A stretch of 64,000 bases of DNA from Armatimonadota bacterium (lineage in GTDB: Bacteria > Armatimonadota > UBA5829 > DTLH01): positions 11,017 through 75,016 of the forward strand of contig JBDKUN010000019.1 of the NCBI GenBank assembly GCA_039679675.1, read 5' to 3'. This document shows positions 18,871 to 30,500 of the stretch, one piece after another (the first letter of the stretch is position 1; each line of letters begins with the position of its first letter). A model generated the notes under the pieces. The model did not search any database and was not told the origin of the DNA. It was given only the letters and a program-made list of their open reading frames with translations. Position numbers and translations under genes: made by a program.

Positions 18871-19479
18871 ATGGGAATTGTGCTTGGGATAACCGGAGGA
18901 ATTGCAGCCGGAAAGACTACGGTCACGGATATGTTTCGTGAACTCGGCGCTGAGACAATATCGGCGGACGATGTCGCGCGTGAAGTGATGGTACCAGGAG
19001 CGCCGGTCATTGATGAGCTGGTAGAGAGGTTTGGCCGTTCCATTATAAAGCCCGATGGAAGCATAGACCGGAGTGCGCTGGCAGAAATAGCTTTCAAGAA
19101 CCCCGAAGATTTGACTGCGCTTAACGACATCACCCACCCGCCAATTATCGCAATCATTGAGGCACGTATAAAGGAGTTTCGAAGCCGCTCAGACAAGCGG
19201 GATGTGCTCGCTGTGGAAATTCCGCTTTTAATTGAATGTAATTTAATGGGGCTTGTTGATAAAGTCATAGTCGTAGCAGCGGAACAAGAGACGCAGCTAA
19301 TTCGTCTGACAACAAGAGGATTCTCGTATGATGAGGCACTGCGGCGCGTAGCGGCACAGTTGCCGACCTCCGAGAAGTTCCATTATGCTGATGAAGTAGT
19401 CTGGACGGATGTGAGTCTTGAAGATACAAGACGGCAGGTGGAGCGGGTTTGGAAACTGGCACAAAGCTGCGACGAATGA
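18871..19479 (+). CDS. coaE: Dephospho-CoA kinase
   Basis: GITGGIAAGKT, ISADDVAR, IDRSALA..F, ITHP, EIPLLIE. Confidence 0.95.
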   Translation: MGIVLGITGGIAAGKTTVTDMFRELGAETISADDVAREVMVPGAPVIDELVERFGRSIIKPDGSIDRSALAEIAFKNPEDLTALNDITHPPIIAIIEARIKEFRSRSDKRDVLAVEIPLLIECNLMGLVDKVIVVAAEQETQLIRLTTRGFSYDEALRRVAAQLPTSEKFHYADEVVWTDVSLEDTRRQVERVWKLAQSCDE

Positions 19480-19945
19480 AAAGTCCGGCAGTGCGAAAGG
19501 GGTGCTATCACAGCATGAACCGGTTTTGACTGTGGTGTGGTAGTGGTTTTGTCTTCCACAGTGACCGGTGCTCCTGTTGAAGGGCTCCCCGATCATAAAA
19601 TTGCTTGCCTGATTCTCAGCAGTTATGCTATATTGGAGATAAGTATACTGCTGACATTGTTTCTGTCTCGTGTCCATTGCCCGTCAGACCCAGTGTGCTC
19701 CACAAACTGGCAGGCGTTTCGCCCGATTCTGAACGGGAGTGCTGATCGTGGAAAGCTCGCGGGTGGACGAAATTACGGGCTACTGATGAGATCATCCGTA
19801 GGCTCGTCAATTTGCCGGGATAATGCACTGTCCGGCTATACAATATGTAACAAATCGAACTCTGCGCCATCGGTATAAGGGTCAGGCTGCTTATAGGCAG
19901 CTGCGCTAACGGTGGTCGTAAAGATTCTTGGGGAGGAAGTTTTCG

Positions 19946-21715
19946 TTGAATCTAAGGAAGCACGAGAGGCTTTATAGGCTGGTGTCCTGTGTCACGGTAT
20001 TTGGATTCATATTACCGTTGATGCTGGCGGTATTCCCGCAGGCTGCTGTAGCACAGGCTCAGACGCCGATGCAAGTAGGCGTAGTCGAATTCCGCAACGA
20101 TTCTGGTGTGCAGGGAAGTATGCTCGCGAGATTTGCTACGGATGCAGTGGTGATTGAGCTCAGTAAGTCGAACCGTTTCGACGTTATAACAAGGGCGCAG
20201 ATCGATGCTCAGATGAAAGAGCTTAGAATTGCCAACCCACTTAACAGTACTGAGCGCAACAGGTTGGGAGAGGCTCTTTCCGCCGATGCTATGATCGAGG
20301 GTTCGATCAAGGCAGTCGAACTTCGTGGCAGTGGGGCTACACGCCGTGCAGCCGTTACCATTGTCATTCGAATGGTCGACCAGTCGTCCGGTGAAGTCAT
20401 AAATGGCGCTATCCAGACGGGTACCAGCAATGTGCGCGTTGGCAGCAGCCCGGACGATGACAAACTGATTTCGGAAGCCATTGACAACGCTGCCTATCAG
20501 GCTGTCAAGACGATGATCGATTACATCATCCCCGAGGCGACAGTCCAGAATACAATCAGGACCAATGAGGTTCTATTGAATAAGGGCGCCAGAGACGGTA
20601 TTAGGCTAGGTATGCGGATGATCGTTACGCGAGACCGTGAGATCATCGGAGAAATTGAGATCCGTAATGTAGACCCGGACAACTCGACGGGTTTCATAGT
20701 AAAGCAGACACGGGGAATCAGCCCGGAAGACAAGGCGAGAGCGGTATTCGATATGCCAGAGATCGCCAGGGTACAGGCAGACCCCGGTACGAAGTCAGGC
20801 CCTCCTACCGTTTCAGCTAAAAAATCGAGCGCTTTGCCTAAGATAGGTAAGATAGTTCTAGGTGTGCTTGTTGCATGGGGAGTATCGAAAGCCTTTGATT
20901 CCAATGGTACAGAAAGCGTCGGCGGCGTAACTGCTGAAGCAGGTCTGTCCGGTTACAATCTGCCGGTTGAAAGCGGCACCCCAGGCGTTAGAGTGAAATG
21001 GGATACAAATAAACTCGGGCGTGGCAAGAACGTTATCGAGTATCACATTTGGAGAAACGACGTAGACGGCCCAGTGCTTACAGCACGTGCTTCCGACGGT
21101 GTGGCCTTCGATGATGCAAGTGCGAGAACAACATCGTATTCGACCGCTAACAGCGAGACACACGTAAAAACCAGCGGCACGACTACTGTTCCTGCTATGA
21201 CACTCAGCACACCCCTCAAATACTGGGTCTCCGCTCTTTACCTGGTACAGTCTGCGGACAGCACCCTGTACTATGAGACAGATAGAATGTCTACCGGCCA
21301 AGCGACGCCTATGACTCAGATACCTGTAGGCAACCTTACATTGCCTGCTGCCGGCAGTCAGCAGAACCTGCAGAAGGTTACATTTGAATGGCTTTCCAGA
21401 CGAGGCGCGGATGTTTATGTGGTTGAAGCTTCAAGCGACCCGACATTCCAGCATCCTGAGTATGTAAGCAGTCCTGTATACTATTCTCCGGCCGCGGATG
21501 GTCAGACAGTAAGGCTGGTAGTCTCTGCGTCGCTCTATAACCTGTTCTCAAGCGCAACAAGTGATCAACCGATCTGGTGGCGAGTTGGAATGAGGTCGAG
21601 CGGAGATTCGCCTGGGCCAATTCCACCAAGCGGAAGGTCTAGTATGCGCTATCTATATAGTGAAATCAATTCATTCTATCCGGCTGATACACCTCCGGGT
21701 CCGCCGGAACAGTAA
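19946..21715 (+). CDS. Exported protein with CsgG/HfaB-like N-domain, FlgT-C-like segment and beta-rich C-terminal region (TTG start after GGAGG; ORF track starts 19928)
   Basis: Signal peptide ending AVA-QA; VGVVEFRN...RFDVITR...LGEALSADAMIEGSI...RMVDQSSGEV; LLNKGARDGIRLGM. Confidence 0.6.
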   Translation: MNLRKHERLYRLVSCVTVFGFILPLMLAVFPQAAVAQAQTPMQVGVVEFRNDSGVQGSMLARFATDAVVIELSKSNRFDVITRAQIDAQMKELRIANPLNSTERNRLGEALSADAMIEGSIKAVELRGSGATRRAAVTIVIRMVDQSSGEVINGAIQTGTSNVRVGSSPDDDKLISEAIDNAAYQAVKTMIDYIIPEATVQNTIRTNEVLLNKGARDGIRLGMRMIVTRDREIIGEIEIRNVDPDNSTGFIVKQTRGISPEDKARAVFDMPEIARVQADPGTKSGPPTVSAKKSSALPKIGKIVLGVLVAWGVSKAFDSNGTESVGGVTAEAGLSGYNLPVESGTPGVRVKWDTNKLGRGKNVIEYHIWRNDVDGPVLTARASDGVAFDDASARTTSYSTANSETHVKTSGTTTVPAMTLSTPLKYWVSALYLVQSADSTLYYETDRMSTGQATPMTQIPVGNLTLPAAGSQQNLQKVTFEWLSRRGADVYVVEASSDPTFQHPEYVSSPVYYSPAADGQTVRLVVSASLYNLFSSATSDQPIWWRVGMRSSGDSPGPIPPSGRSSMRYLYSEINSFYPADTPPGPPEQ

Positions 21716-21816
21716 AATTGCGTTAGCATCGGCCGCACCGTTCGTTATATCAAAATGAAGAGCGGGCGGCCGACCCGCTCGTAGCGGGTCGGGACGACAG
21801 GGAGGTACAGGAGAAG

Positions 21817-24816
21817 TTGAACCATAGATATTTAAAACTGATGCGATGCAAATGGGCTGTAATTGCCATATTCGCGGCGTTCGTGCTCGCCGCGAATGGT
21901 GTCGCAGCAGATACTCCGACACCATCGGCTTATGTACAAAACCAGTTAATAGTCCGGCTTGCGCCTGGCCTGACTGAAGCCGAGAGAAACGCCGCATTTG
22001 ATAAGATTGGCGCCAAATTGATCCGCCCTTTGGCGCTTGCAAATACATATCTCGTAGAGCTTGTGCCTACCCGCGGTGAAACTGTCCAATCTTCTATAAC
22101 CAGGGCAAGTACAGTACCGAACATTGTTCTTGCCGGGCCGAATTACAGAAAATACACTTCTGCTTCGACTCCAAACGATCCCCAATGGTCAAAGCTTTGG
22201 GGTATGAAAATGATAAACGCTGACAAAGCTTGGGATATCACAAAAGGTAGCGCCAGTGTGATAGTTGCCGTGCTCGATACGGACTTCAGTCTCACTCATC
22301 CCGATCTGAAAGACAGGTTCCTGCCCGGTAAAGATATAGCGATGGGTGACGATGATCCTTCGCCATGGCCTCAGAAGACAGAGTTGAGTCATGGGACTCA
22401 CGTTACAGGGACCATTGCAGCCCAGGGGAACAACGGCGAAGGCGTAGTCGGTGTCTGTTGGGATGGAGTAAAGATCCTTCCTGTTAAGGTATTCACCGAT
22501 GACGGTTTGTGTGAAACATCGTCCGAAGTAGACGGTCTATATTATGCAAAAGCACAGGGAGCACAGGTCGTAAATCTGAGCTTGGGTGATTATTATTACG
22601 ATTCTTTTGAGCATGAAGCCATAAAAGACTTGTATGCTGCTGGAATCATAATTGTTGCATCTGCTGGAAATGACTCCTGGTCAGTAGGTTACCCGGCAGC
22701 GTACCCTGAGGTGATAGCGGTTTCCGCGCTGGCTGATGATGAACGGCCGGCGAGTTATACAAACTACGGGCCGGAAATAGATATCGCAGCTCCTGGCGGC
22801 GATGATTATGAAGACGGACCTGGTTCTATCTGGAGCACATGCTGGTCTAAAGACAAAGGGAACTACTATACAGGTATACAGGGAACATCGATGGCGTCCC
22901 CACATGTCGCCGGTGCTGCAGCCCTAATGATTTCATCTGGTATTTCTCCTAGTCAGGTTACAGGTATGCTTTATAGGGCAGCGAGAGCGCCTAAAACAGG
23001 TGTTCTTGATCCTCTAAAGTATGGTAATGGGATTCTTGATCTATATAAGGCGATGCATGCGACTGCTGAGATCAATATAGTGTCGCCTGAAGATGCTGAA
23101 ATACTTGATACAACCACACCACAGTTCAAAATATCGACATATCTGGTTCAGAAGAGCAGTATCAAGGTTTACCTGGATTATACGGATGCCAATAAAGATG
23201 GAACACCGGATAATCTTGATGAGGGTATAGTGCTGAACGGCGCAACAATGGATTCCGATCCAAATGCTTCATGGGATGGCGATACCAGCACTCTGACATT
23301 GAAATGGCCTTCAGTGGGACAGTCTCCACTGACTGATGGTACACACACAGTGTGTGTTATGGGCGATCCGGAGTCGGGTGCGAACTCAGGAACTGTGAAG
23401 GATTGGAAGGTGTTTTTCGTAAGGCCGAAAGTGCTTTCTGCTGGACGGCATCTGTTCTCAATTCCTTATCCGCTGTCGTCGGATGTGACGCCTGCTCAAC
23501 TGTTTGGTGGAAACGATTTCTGGTTGGCCAGATACATTCCATCACGTGATACTTATGCAACGATAAATTACCCATCTGGAAATGATCCGGATGCTGCATG
23601 GCCGACGAATCCTGGAGTGCATCCACACGGTGATACAACGGATACTCCTCCCGCAGGCTTGGGATTCTTCATTGAAGTGCTCAAAGATACTCCGATTACT
23701 GTGGCTGGGACTACGGATAAGGCAAGAGCCTATGATATTACATTGACCAGGGGAGCAACCGGCTGGAATATGATAGGAAACCCCTTCCCATTTCCAGTAG
23801 CATGGGACAGTGTGAAGCTAACATATAGAGGTACAACGCTGACATTGAGAGACGCTGTATCAGCAGGTTGGATTCGACAAGCATTATATAGATACACTTC
23901 ATCAGGATATACATTCGAGAATGACCTTATGAAGGCGGTATTGGTGCCATGGGAAGGAGACTGGGTCAAGATACTTCCAGACTACCCGGATCGTGTTAAC
24001 GATACTATGGTTCTCATGGTTCCGCCAATTGAGTCGCCAGCTATTATAGACTCATCAAAAAGCAGAGCGGCTACAACCAGCAATGGTTGGTCTTTAAATC
24101 TTGTGGCTAAAGCCGGAGATGCTGTTGATTCTCAAAGTTTATTGGGCGTAGACAGTAGAGCGTCCGATGGTTTTGACTCGCTCGACGTAGAAGAGCCGCC
24201 GGTTATTGACAATTATATTCAACTGGCTTTCACCCATAGTGACTGGGCAGATAAAACGAGCCGGTATGCAAGCGATTTCAGACCGAGCATAGGGACCGGT
24301 AAGACCTGGGAGTTCAACGTAGATACTAATATACCGAACAAGAACGTTACAGTATCCTGGCCTGGAATAGCTTCAGTGCCGAAGAATTGCCGGCTTGTTT
24401 TGGAAGACGTTGAAAGTGGAAACCGCGTCTACATGAGGACTCGGAACAACTATACATACAAATCAGGATCGACCGCAGGAGCCAGAAGATTCAAGCTGTA
24501 TGCTGAACCTTCAGACAACGGTTCACTGATGATAACTAATGTAGCTGTCTCTCAAACGAGAGGATCAAGCGTGAGTATTAATTACACGATTTCCCGTGAT
24601 GCACGTGTTGAAGTTCGGGTACGTGATAACAGGAACAAACTGGTCCGGAAGCTGGGCGGAAATACAACTCGGTCTGCAGGGATTAACTCGATTACATGGG
24701 ATTGTGTCCTTGACGACGGAGATCAAGCACCCAGCGGTTTGTATATGGCGGAGATCGTTGCTACCGGACCGGATAATGAGGTAGCAAAGACTATCAGACC
24801 GATTCTGGTAAGGTGA
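21817..24816 (+). CDS. Secreted S8 subtilisin-like protease with C-terminal FlgD-Ig-like domain
   Basis: Catalytic motifs AVLDT, HGTHVTG, ASAGND, GTSMASPHVAG; C-terminal INSITWD...PSGLY. Confidence 0.9.
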   Translation: MNHRYLKLMRCKWAVIAIFAAFVLAANGVAADTPTPSAYVQNQLIVRLAPGLTEAERNAAFDKIGAKLIRPLALANTYLVELVPTRGETVQSSITRASTVPNIVLAGPNYRKYTSASTPNDPQWSKLWGMKMINADKAWDITKGSASVIVAVLDTDFSLTHPDLKDRFLPGKDIAMGDDDPSPWPQKTELSHGTHVTGTIAAQGNNGEGVVGVCWDGVKILPVKVFTDDGLCETSSEVDGLYYAKAQGAQVVNLSLGDYYYDSFEHEAIKDLYAAGIIIVASAGNDSWSVGYPAAYPEVIAVSALADDERPASYTNYGPEIDIAAPGGDDYEDGPGSIWSTCWSKDKGNYYTGIQGTSMASPHVAGAAALMISSGISPSQVTGMLYRAARAPKTGVLDPLKYGNGILDLYKAMHATAEINIVSPEDAEILDTTTPQFKISTYLVQKSSIKVYLDYTDANKDGTPDNLDEGIVLNGATMDSDPNASWDGDTSTLTLKWPSVGQSPLTDGTHTVCVMGDPESGANSGTVKDWKVFFVRPKVLSAGRHLFSIPYPLSSDVTPAQLFGGNDFWLARYIPSRDTYATINYPSGNDPDAAWPTNPGVHPHGDTTDTPPAGLGFFIEVLKDTPITVAGTTDKARAYDITLTRGATGWNMIGNPFPFPVAWDSVKLTYRGTTLTLRDAVSAGWIRQALYRYTSSGYTFENDLMKAVLVPWEGDWVKILPDYPDRVNDTMVLMVPPIESPAIIDSSKSRAATTSNGWSLNLVAKAGDAVDSQSLLGVDSRASDGFDSLDVEEPPVIDNYIQLAFTHSDWADKTSRYASDFRPSIGTGKTWEFNVDTNIPNKNVTVSWPGIASVPKNCRLVLEDVESGNRVYMRTRNNYTYKSGSTAGARRFKLYAEPSDNGSLMITNVAVSQTRGSSVSINYTISRDARVEVRVRDNRNKLVRKLGGNTTRSAGINSITWDCVLDDGDQAPSGLYMAEIVATGPDNEVAKTIRPILVR

Positions 24817-24839
24817 TTGTGATAGGAGATAGAGCATTT

Positions 24840-27515
24840 ATGCTACGAGCAGCAAAAATATTTGCCATATTATTGTCGGCAGCCGCTATTATCGTGCCGT
24901 CTGTCCGTGTTAATGCACAGTCATATACTGCCATCAATAGCAACGAGTATATGATGGTAATGATGGGGCAGACGGAAGAGGTGAATGTGGCCGAGCCTAC
25001 GCCGAAAAAGCAGCCCAGGTCTGGCAGGTGGATGATATATACTGTCAAAGGTGATCCGGAAGTAGCGGAAGATGATAACATGCCGCTGGTTAGGGCTGCA
25101 GAAGACAGTGGACCAGGATGGAGATACGGTTTTACAACCATAAGAATAGATAACACAAGCGAAATATTCGGAGACGAGTCTCACGGTTACTGGGTACTAA
25201 CTCCATATGTAAGTGATAAGGACACTGGTAACTATGTGGGGCTTACTGGCCAGTATGTGTGCGGCTTATGGTATGTAAGCCAATCCAATATTACTGCAAG
25301 ATTTAGAATGGCTCTGATAAGGGACCAGGTGAGGCTTGAAGTAGTACTGACTAATCACGACACGAAAGCACATAATGTAGGGCTGAGACATTGCTGTGAT
25401 GTAACTACCAATGGAAATATTGATACTATAACACATCCATATGTTCCGGGTAATGGCGTAGTAATGGCTGAGACCGATTATGTGGGATCGGCAATACCGG
25501 AATACGTCGAGATGTATGATGATATAACGAATCCAAAGGTTGCTGTGAGAAACACTCTCACAGCGCAGGACGCGACGGCTCCGGATAGAGCGGCATTCGG
25601 ATATTGGCTGAATATGCAGGGAAATGATTGGGATTTCACTGCGATACCTGACAGAGCTGTAACTGATTATGGATGGACGCTCTGGTGGCAGCCTGTTCTT
25701 CTCAATCCGGGCGAATCCCGGACAATTATCACTTATTTTGGGATGGCAGCAGCCACAAGCTCATGGACATCCGGCACCCCGGGATCAACAGTAAAGCAGG
25801 ATCCTTTCTGTGTAGCGGTGCAGGCTCCAAGATCGCTCAGTGTCGATTATGATTCATCCTTGTCATCTGATTCGATGCTGCAGTCAAACCCATTTAAGAT
25901 AAAGGCATATGTATACAATATGTATACCGGTGATACGACCCTGAAAAATGTTCAGGTTCACTTGGATCTACCGGAAGGACTGGAACTGGTCAGCGGAACT
26001 TCTACGCAGGAGATAACAAGCATACCGCCTGAAACTGAAGGACTACCGGTAACCTGGGATGTCAAGGCAACTGGTAAGGTAACAGGAAAGCTTACTTATA
26101 TAGTAACAGTCAGTGGTTCGCCAGGGCTGCAAAAGACAGTAGAACGTGAAATTGTAGTACCGTCAACGGGTACTACACAGATCAAAGCTGGATGGCAAAT
26201 GATATCAACACCGTTCAAATTCGAGGACTCACGAATAGAAGAGGCTTTGAACCTTGCTGATGATACATATAACGCTTTTGCCTGGAACCCACAGCTAAAG
26301 GATTATGAGACAGTTACGAATATAAACCCCGGTAAGGGATTCTGGCTCAAATCGACTATAGACAGACCGGTTACAAGAGTATCGACAAGTGCAAAACCTT
26401 TAGCCGGAACAGAATCGCATTCAATTGACCTTTATACCGGTTGGAATCAGTTTGGTAATCCGTACATTTATCCTATTCCCTGGGGAAGAGTTAGAGTTTT
26501 GGGAACAGCACAGGATGGACTGCTCACAATAGAACAAGCTGTTTCTAAGAATTTGATTAGGAAGACCTTTTATTGGTGGGACACTTATGCCGGTGAGTAT
26601 AGTATGTCATCCGATTCATCAACTAATCTGAATCCTTGGCAAGGGTATTGGATCAAAGCTATGCAACCGTGCCAGCTAATTATCCCTGCAGTAAACGAGA
26701 TAGGATCAACTATAGGTGGAGATACTACACGAAGTAGAGCATCATCATCTACTTCGACTGCAAGCGCGAAGAAGAGTGATGGCTGGAACTTGAAACTTGT
26801 AGCGAGAGCAGGCGAAGCTGTAGATTCCACAAGCTATATAGGCGTTGACAGTCGAGCATCTGATACGTATGATTCGGCAGATATAGAAGAACCGCCATCA
26901 CCGGGCGATTATGTCAACATAAGTTTCCCTCATGAGGATTGGGGAATTAATAGTGGAAATTATCTCTCGGACATTCGAAGATCGACAGGTGGAAAACAGT
27001 CCTGGGACATCGATGTAACGTGTGATAAGAAGAATTCTGATGTAGTAATGACTTGGCCTACACTATCAGGTATACCCAAAGACTATACACTTAGGATGAC
27101 CGATGTGGATGGCAACGTAACAAAATTTATGCGTACGACAAGCTCATACAAATATAATTCCGGAGAAGGCGGAGTACGACGGTTCAGACTTGTCGCAGAG
27201 CCAAGAGGTAATGACAGTTTGATTATAAGCGGCCTTAGCGTGAATACTTCACGCGCCGTAGGCAGCGCAACAATATCCTATAATCTATCCACGGATGCAT
27301 CTACCGATGTCAAGATCAAATCGACTTCAGGTAGGATGGTACGCAGTCTGGCCAAGGGTAGAGGCGTTACAAGAGGAATTAATAATCTAACCTGGAACTA
27401 TCGTGATGAAACCGGAGAAGCGGTTCCCGCTGGCAGTTACCTCTTGGAGGTAGTAGCAACTACACAAGATGGTGAAGTCGCAAAGACGATCAGACCATTT
27501 CTTGTGGCAAGGTAA
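24840..27515 (+). CDS. Secreted protein with Ig-like domains and C-terminal FlgD-Ig-like domain (ATG 24840 after GGAG; ORF track starts 24813)
   Basis: Signal peptide; C-terminal half paralogous to that of the preceding protease; INNLTWNYRDETGEAVPAGSY. Confidence 0.7.
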   Translation: MLRAAKIFAILLSAAAIIVPSVRVNAQSYTAINSNEYMMVMMGQTEEVNVAEPTPKKQPRSGRWMIYTVKGDPEVAEDDNMPLVRAAEDSGPGWRYGFTTIRIDNTSEIFGDESHGYWVLTPYVSDKDTGNYVGLTGQYVCGLWYVSQSNITARFRMALIRDQVRLEVVLTNHDTKAHNVGLRHCCDVTTNGNIDTITHPYVPGNGVVMAETDYVGSAIPEYVEMYDDITNPKVAVRNTLTAQDATAPDRAAFGYWLNMQGNDWDFTAIPDRAVTDYGWTLWWQPVLLNPGESRTIITYFGMAAATSSWTSGTPGSTVKQDPFCVAVQAPRSLSVDYDSSLSSDSMLQSNPFKIKAYVYNMYTGDTTLKNVQVHLDLPEGLELVSGTSTQEITSIPPETEGLPVTWDVKATGKVTGKLTYIVTVSGSPGLQKTVEREIVVPSTGTTQIKAGWQMISTPFKFEDSRIEEALNLADDTYNAFAWNPQLKDYETVTNINPGKGFWLKSTIDRPVTRVSTSAKPLAGTESHSIDLYTGWNQFGNPYIYPIPWGRVRVLGTAQDGLLTIEQAVSKNLIRKTFYWWDTYAGEYSMSSDSSTNLNPWQGYWIKAMQPCQLIIPAVNEIGSTIGGDTTRSRASSSTSTASAKKSDGWNLKLVARAGEAVDSTSYIGVDSRASDTYDSADIEEPPSPGDYVNISFPHEDWGINSGNYLSDIRRSTGGKQSWDIDVTCDKKNSDVVMTWPTLSGIPKDYTLRMTDVDGNVTKFMRTTSSYKYNSGEGGVRRFRLVAEPRGNDSLIISGLSVNTSRAVGSATISYNLSTDASTDVKIKSTSGRMVRSLAKGRGVTRGINNLTWNYRDETGEAVPAGSYLLEVVATTQDGEVAKTIRPFLVAR

Positions 27516-27580
27516 TTCAGTTGGATAGAGTGAAATATTTCAGGTTAATTGATAGGACAGGCTGGAAGGATGATTTGAAC

Positions 27581-30500
27581 ATGATAGGAGTATGCAAGCG
27601 ACTAGCTCTTGTTCTGGTTCTTATTCTCGGAATAATGAGTCCAGTTTATGCAGATATGGGAACAGTTACTGCCGGACCAACCGATCCGACAGTGAACTCA
27701 ATATCAAATTTGAGAGCTGTATGGACAGATTCTGAACAGAAGTTGCCGGACACAGAGGTGTGGCGTACGTATGAGACCGGTAGAAACCGGCTTAATACAC
27801 CATCACCGTGGCAGGCAAATCCTAGTTACTATAGTCTGCAGCCGGATCCGGATGCAACAGTCACGGAAACGTATAATGCAGTAAATGTAGTAGAGTCAGT
27901 ATATGTAGAGCTGGATGGCAGCGGTAATATAAATCTACCAGAGAATGCTGTCGGTATCAAAGGAGTCTGGCTCGACCGCTGGCAAAGGAAGAATGTGTGG
28001 CCTGGCGGGGCATTTACTGGGAGTCAGATAACAAGCGCCCAATTGACATTACCTGCAGGCACCCAGCATGTCTTTGTTTCCTATTATAAAGCGGGAACAA
28101 AACTGATAAAGGTCAATAGTGTGCCTCTTCCCAGCGAATATACTGTATATAGGTATCCTGTATCGACTGGTACATCAAAAATTGTTATCAACCCGGAGAT
28201 TCTGAGACTTGACCCTGATACCGCCGGACTTAGGAATGGCGGCGGTGATGAGTGGAGTAATCTTATCGGTATATATGATAACCCCTCCCTAAAGGGCATA
28301 AACTATGCTGCAGGACGCAATATTGATACAGCTACATCAACTGTAACGCTTGCCAGGGCTGTCAGCGGTAATATAAGGAATCTTTATGTAAAGGTTTCAA
28401 CTTACGCAGTTGACTATGTCTCGATTAATGGGACACAAGTACTTCCAACGAGCTATGACCCTGATACAGGCGAGATAGTACTTCCTGAAGAAGTAGCAAC
28501 AGGTCAGGCAGTTGAAGTTGCATACCGCCCGCTTGGGAAAAGCAAAGTAACAGTTGCTCAAGTTCCGGTAACAGCGGTTTCAGGAGTGTGGACCGATGAC
28601 AGTAAGTCTACAGCCGAGACTGTTTCAGGATTTGATGAGACAACAGGAAAGATAAGCTTCGACCCTGCACTGGCAGATGGGACAAGATCTGTTTATTGCG
28701 AATACACAGGCGCTGATATGCAGGGTGTCACTGGCGAAGATTCCTGGCAGTGGCGGGAAGGTGGAAAACCTTTCCCTCTTGTTCGTGAAAGTGATGATAG
28801 AGATCAAAGATATGCATCTCTCCAGTTGGACCCCGTCGAAGGTGGCGTAAGAAAAGATGGCGGCGTCGAAAAAGAGGGAGATGAACAGGTAGATGAGTGG
28901 GTATTCCGCGGCGTAGATAGAATTGATAATGAAAACGCTCCTGCTGTAAAAATACTGGCCGATGATGACACTGTTAAAACGACAAAGGGAATCGTCACAG
29001 ACAAGGCGACTGGGAAAAGGGGTATATTCCTTGATCCGGCAACCGATCCTGTACTTGTAAAAAGTGTCTTGGTCACCCGGTTAGTGGATAATGTATACAA
29101 AACCGACAATCTTGCGAAATATGCAAGAGTTATCGGCATCACGAATGCTGATGGTAATACTGTTAGAGCAATATTTTTAGATGCGGAATTGGCGGAACTA
29201 CCGGATGATGCAACCGCATCAAGAGTATCCTACTATATATCTGGCAAAAACATGGTGGTAGTACCTGGCCCGCTTCCGATGCCGGCTACCGTCAGAGAAA
29301 TAGATCTTACAAATCTAAACCAGCCAATATCCGACACATTAAGGATCAACCCGGATCTGATTGCGTTTGACCCAGATCTTGAGAATTGGCGTGCAAACGC
29401 TCTCAGCAGCAATCCATTAGACGGATACAATATACTGGGTGTATTCGATAACGTAAATCTGACAGGTTGGAATTATTGGACTCCCGGAAGCGGAAAAATA
29501 ACGCTGGATGCGACCGGTGCTGCAGTTTTGAAGCTGAACTGTGTTCCGAGTAACTCGGTGACAAAGATGTTTATCAAGATATCGAGTTATGCAGTGGACG
29601 GCGTCTTCACTCAAGAAACAGGCGGGCAGAATTATTATCCCGGCAGGCTAGCTGGTGCAGTAGCAGGTGATCCTGCTACTGATCCGAAGAACGCAGGACA
29701 TGAATACGCCTGGTATGATGCTAACGTAATGTCAGAAACAATAGATTCTGAAAATGGTGAGACTCGAGTTGGTGAAATTCACCTTGCGAGATCGTTACCG
29801 ACCAGTGGGCAGCAGGTGTATGTCACGTGGCGGAAATTGAGTAAGAATAGAGTATCACCCGCCCGGCCGCGTATTATGGCTGTTCCAGTATTCCAGTATC
29901 TGGATTATCCTGACTTACCGATGGATGAGATTAGTAATCCTCCTGTAGATGGACAGAGCATGCTGACGCAAGTGCCACCGGTATCGTCAATAGCTGCAAC
30001 AAAGGCATTTCCAGAGGGCACAATATCCATATACTATATGGAATATTATGCAGGAATGTGCGTTGGTGGTACAGCTACATCTGCCATATACGCAAATGGA
30101 TTAGGCAGATTTACATATCAGCCGATGTATATTGTGCCGGACGAAACTGTACCCCCAGAGTATGTATACAGGTCCGCTGTGAGTGCCGGATTGAATATGA
30201 GTAAATCCCTGCAGCAGCCGTCATACGATATAAATGACCAGACTAACAATCTTCTTCTACGGGATCCGAGAAGACATCCGGTTGACTATGCACCGAATTT
30301 TACGACCCAGCCATATTCTATAGACCCTGCTAATGTGGAATTTAAGTTTTATGCGGGGCGTCATCCAGAAAGATTAGGGTCTGAGCCGAGAATATCTGAA
30401 AAAGGACCGATCTCTACGACTGTTCATGCTTCGACTGTATCACGCGCTGAGGATGGTACTGTTGATTATGGTGGAACCTATTATGATTATAGGTATGGGC

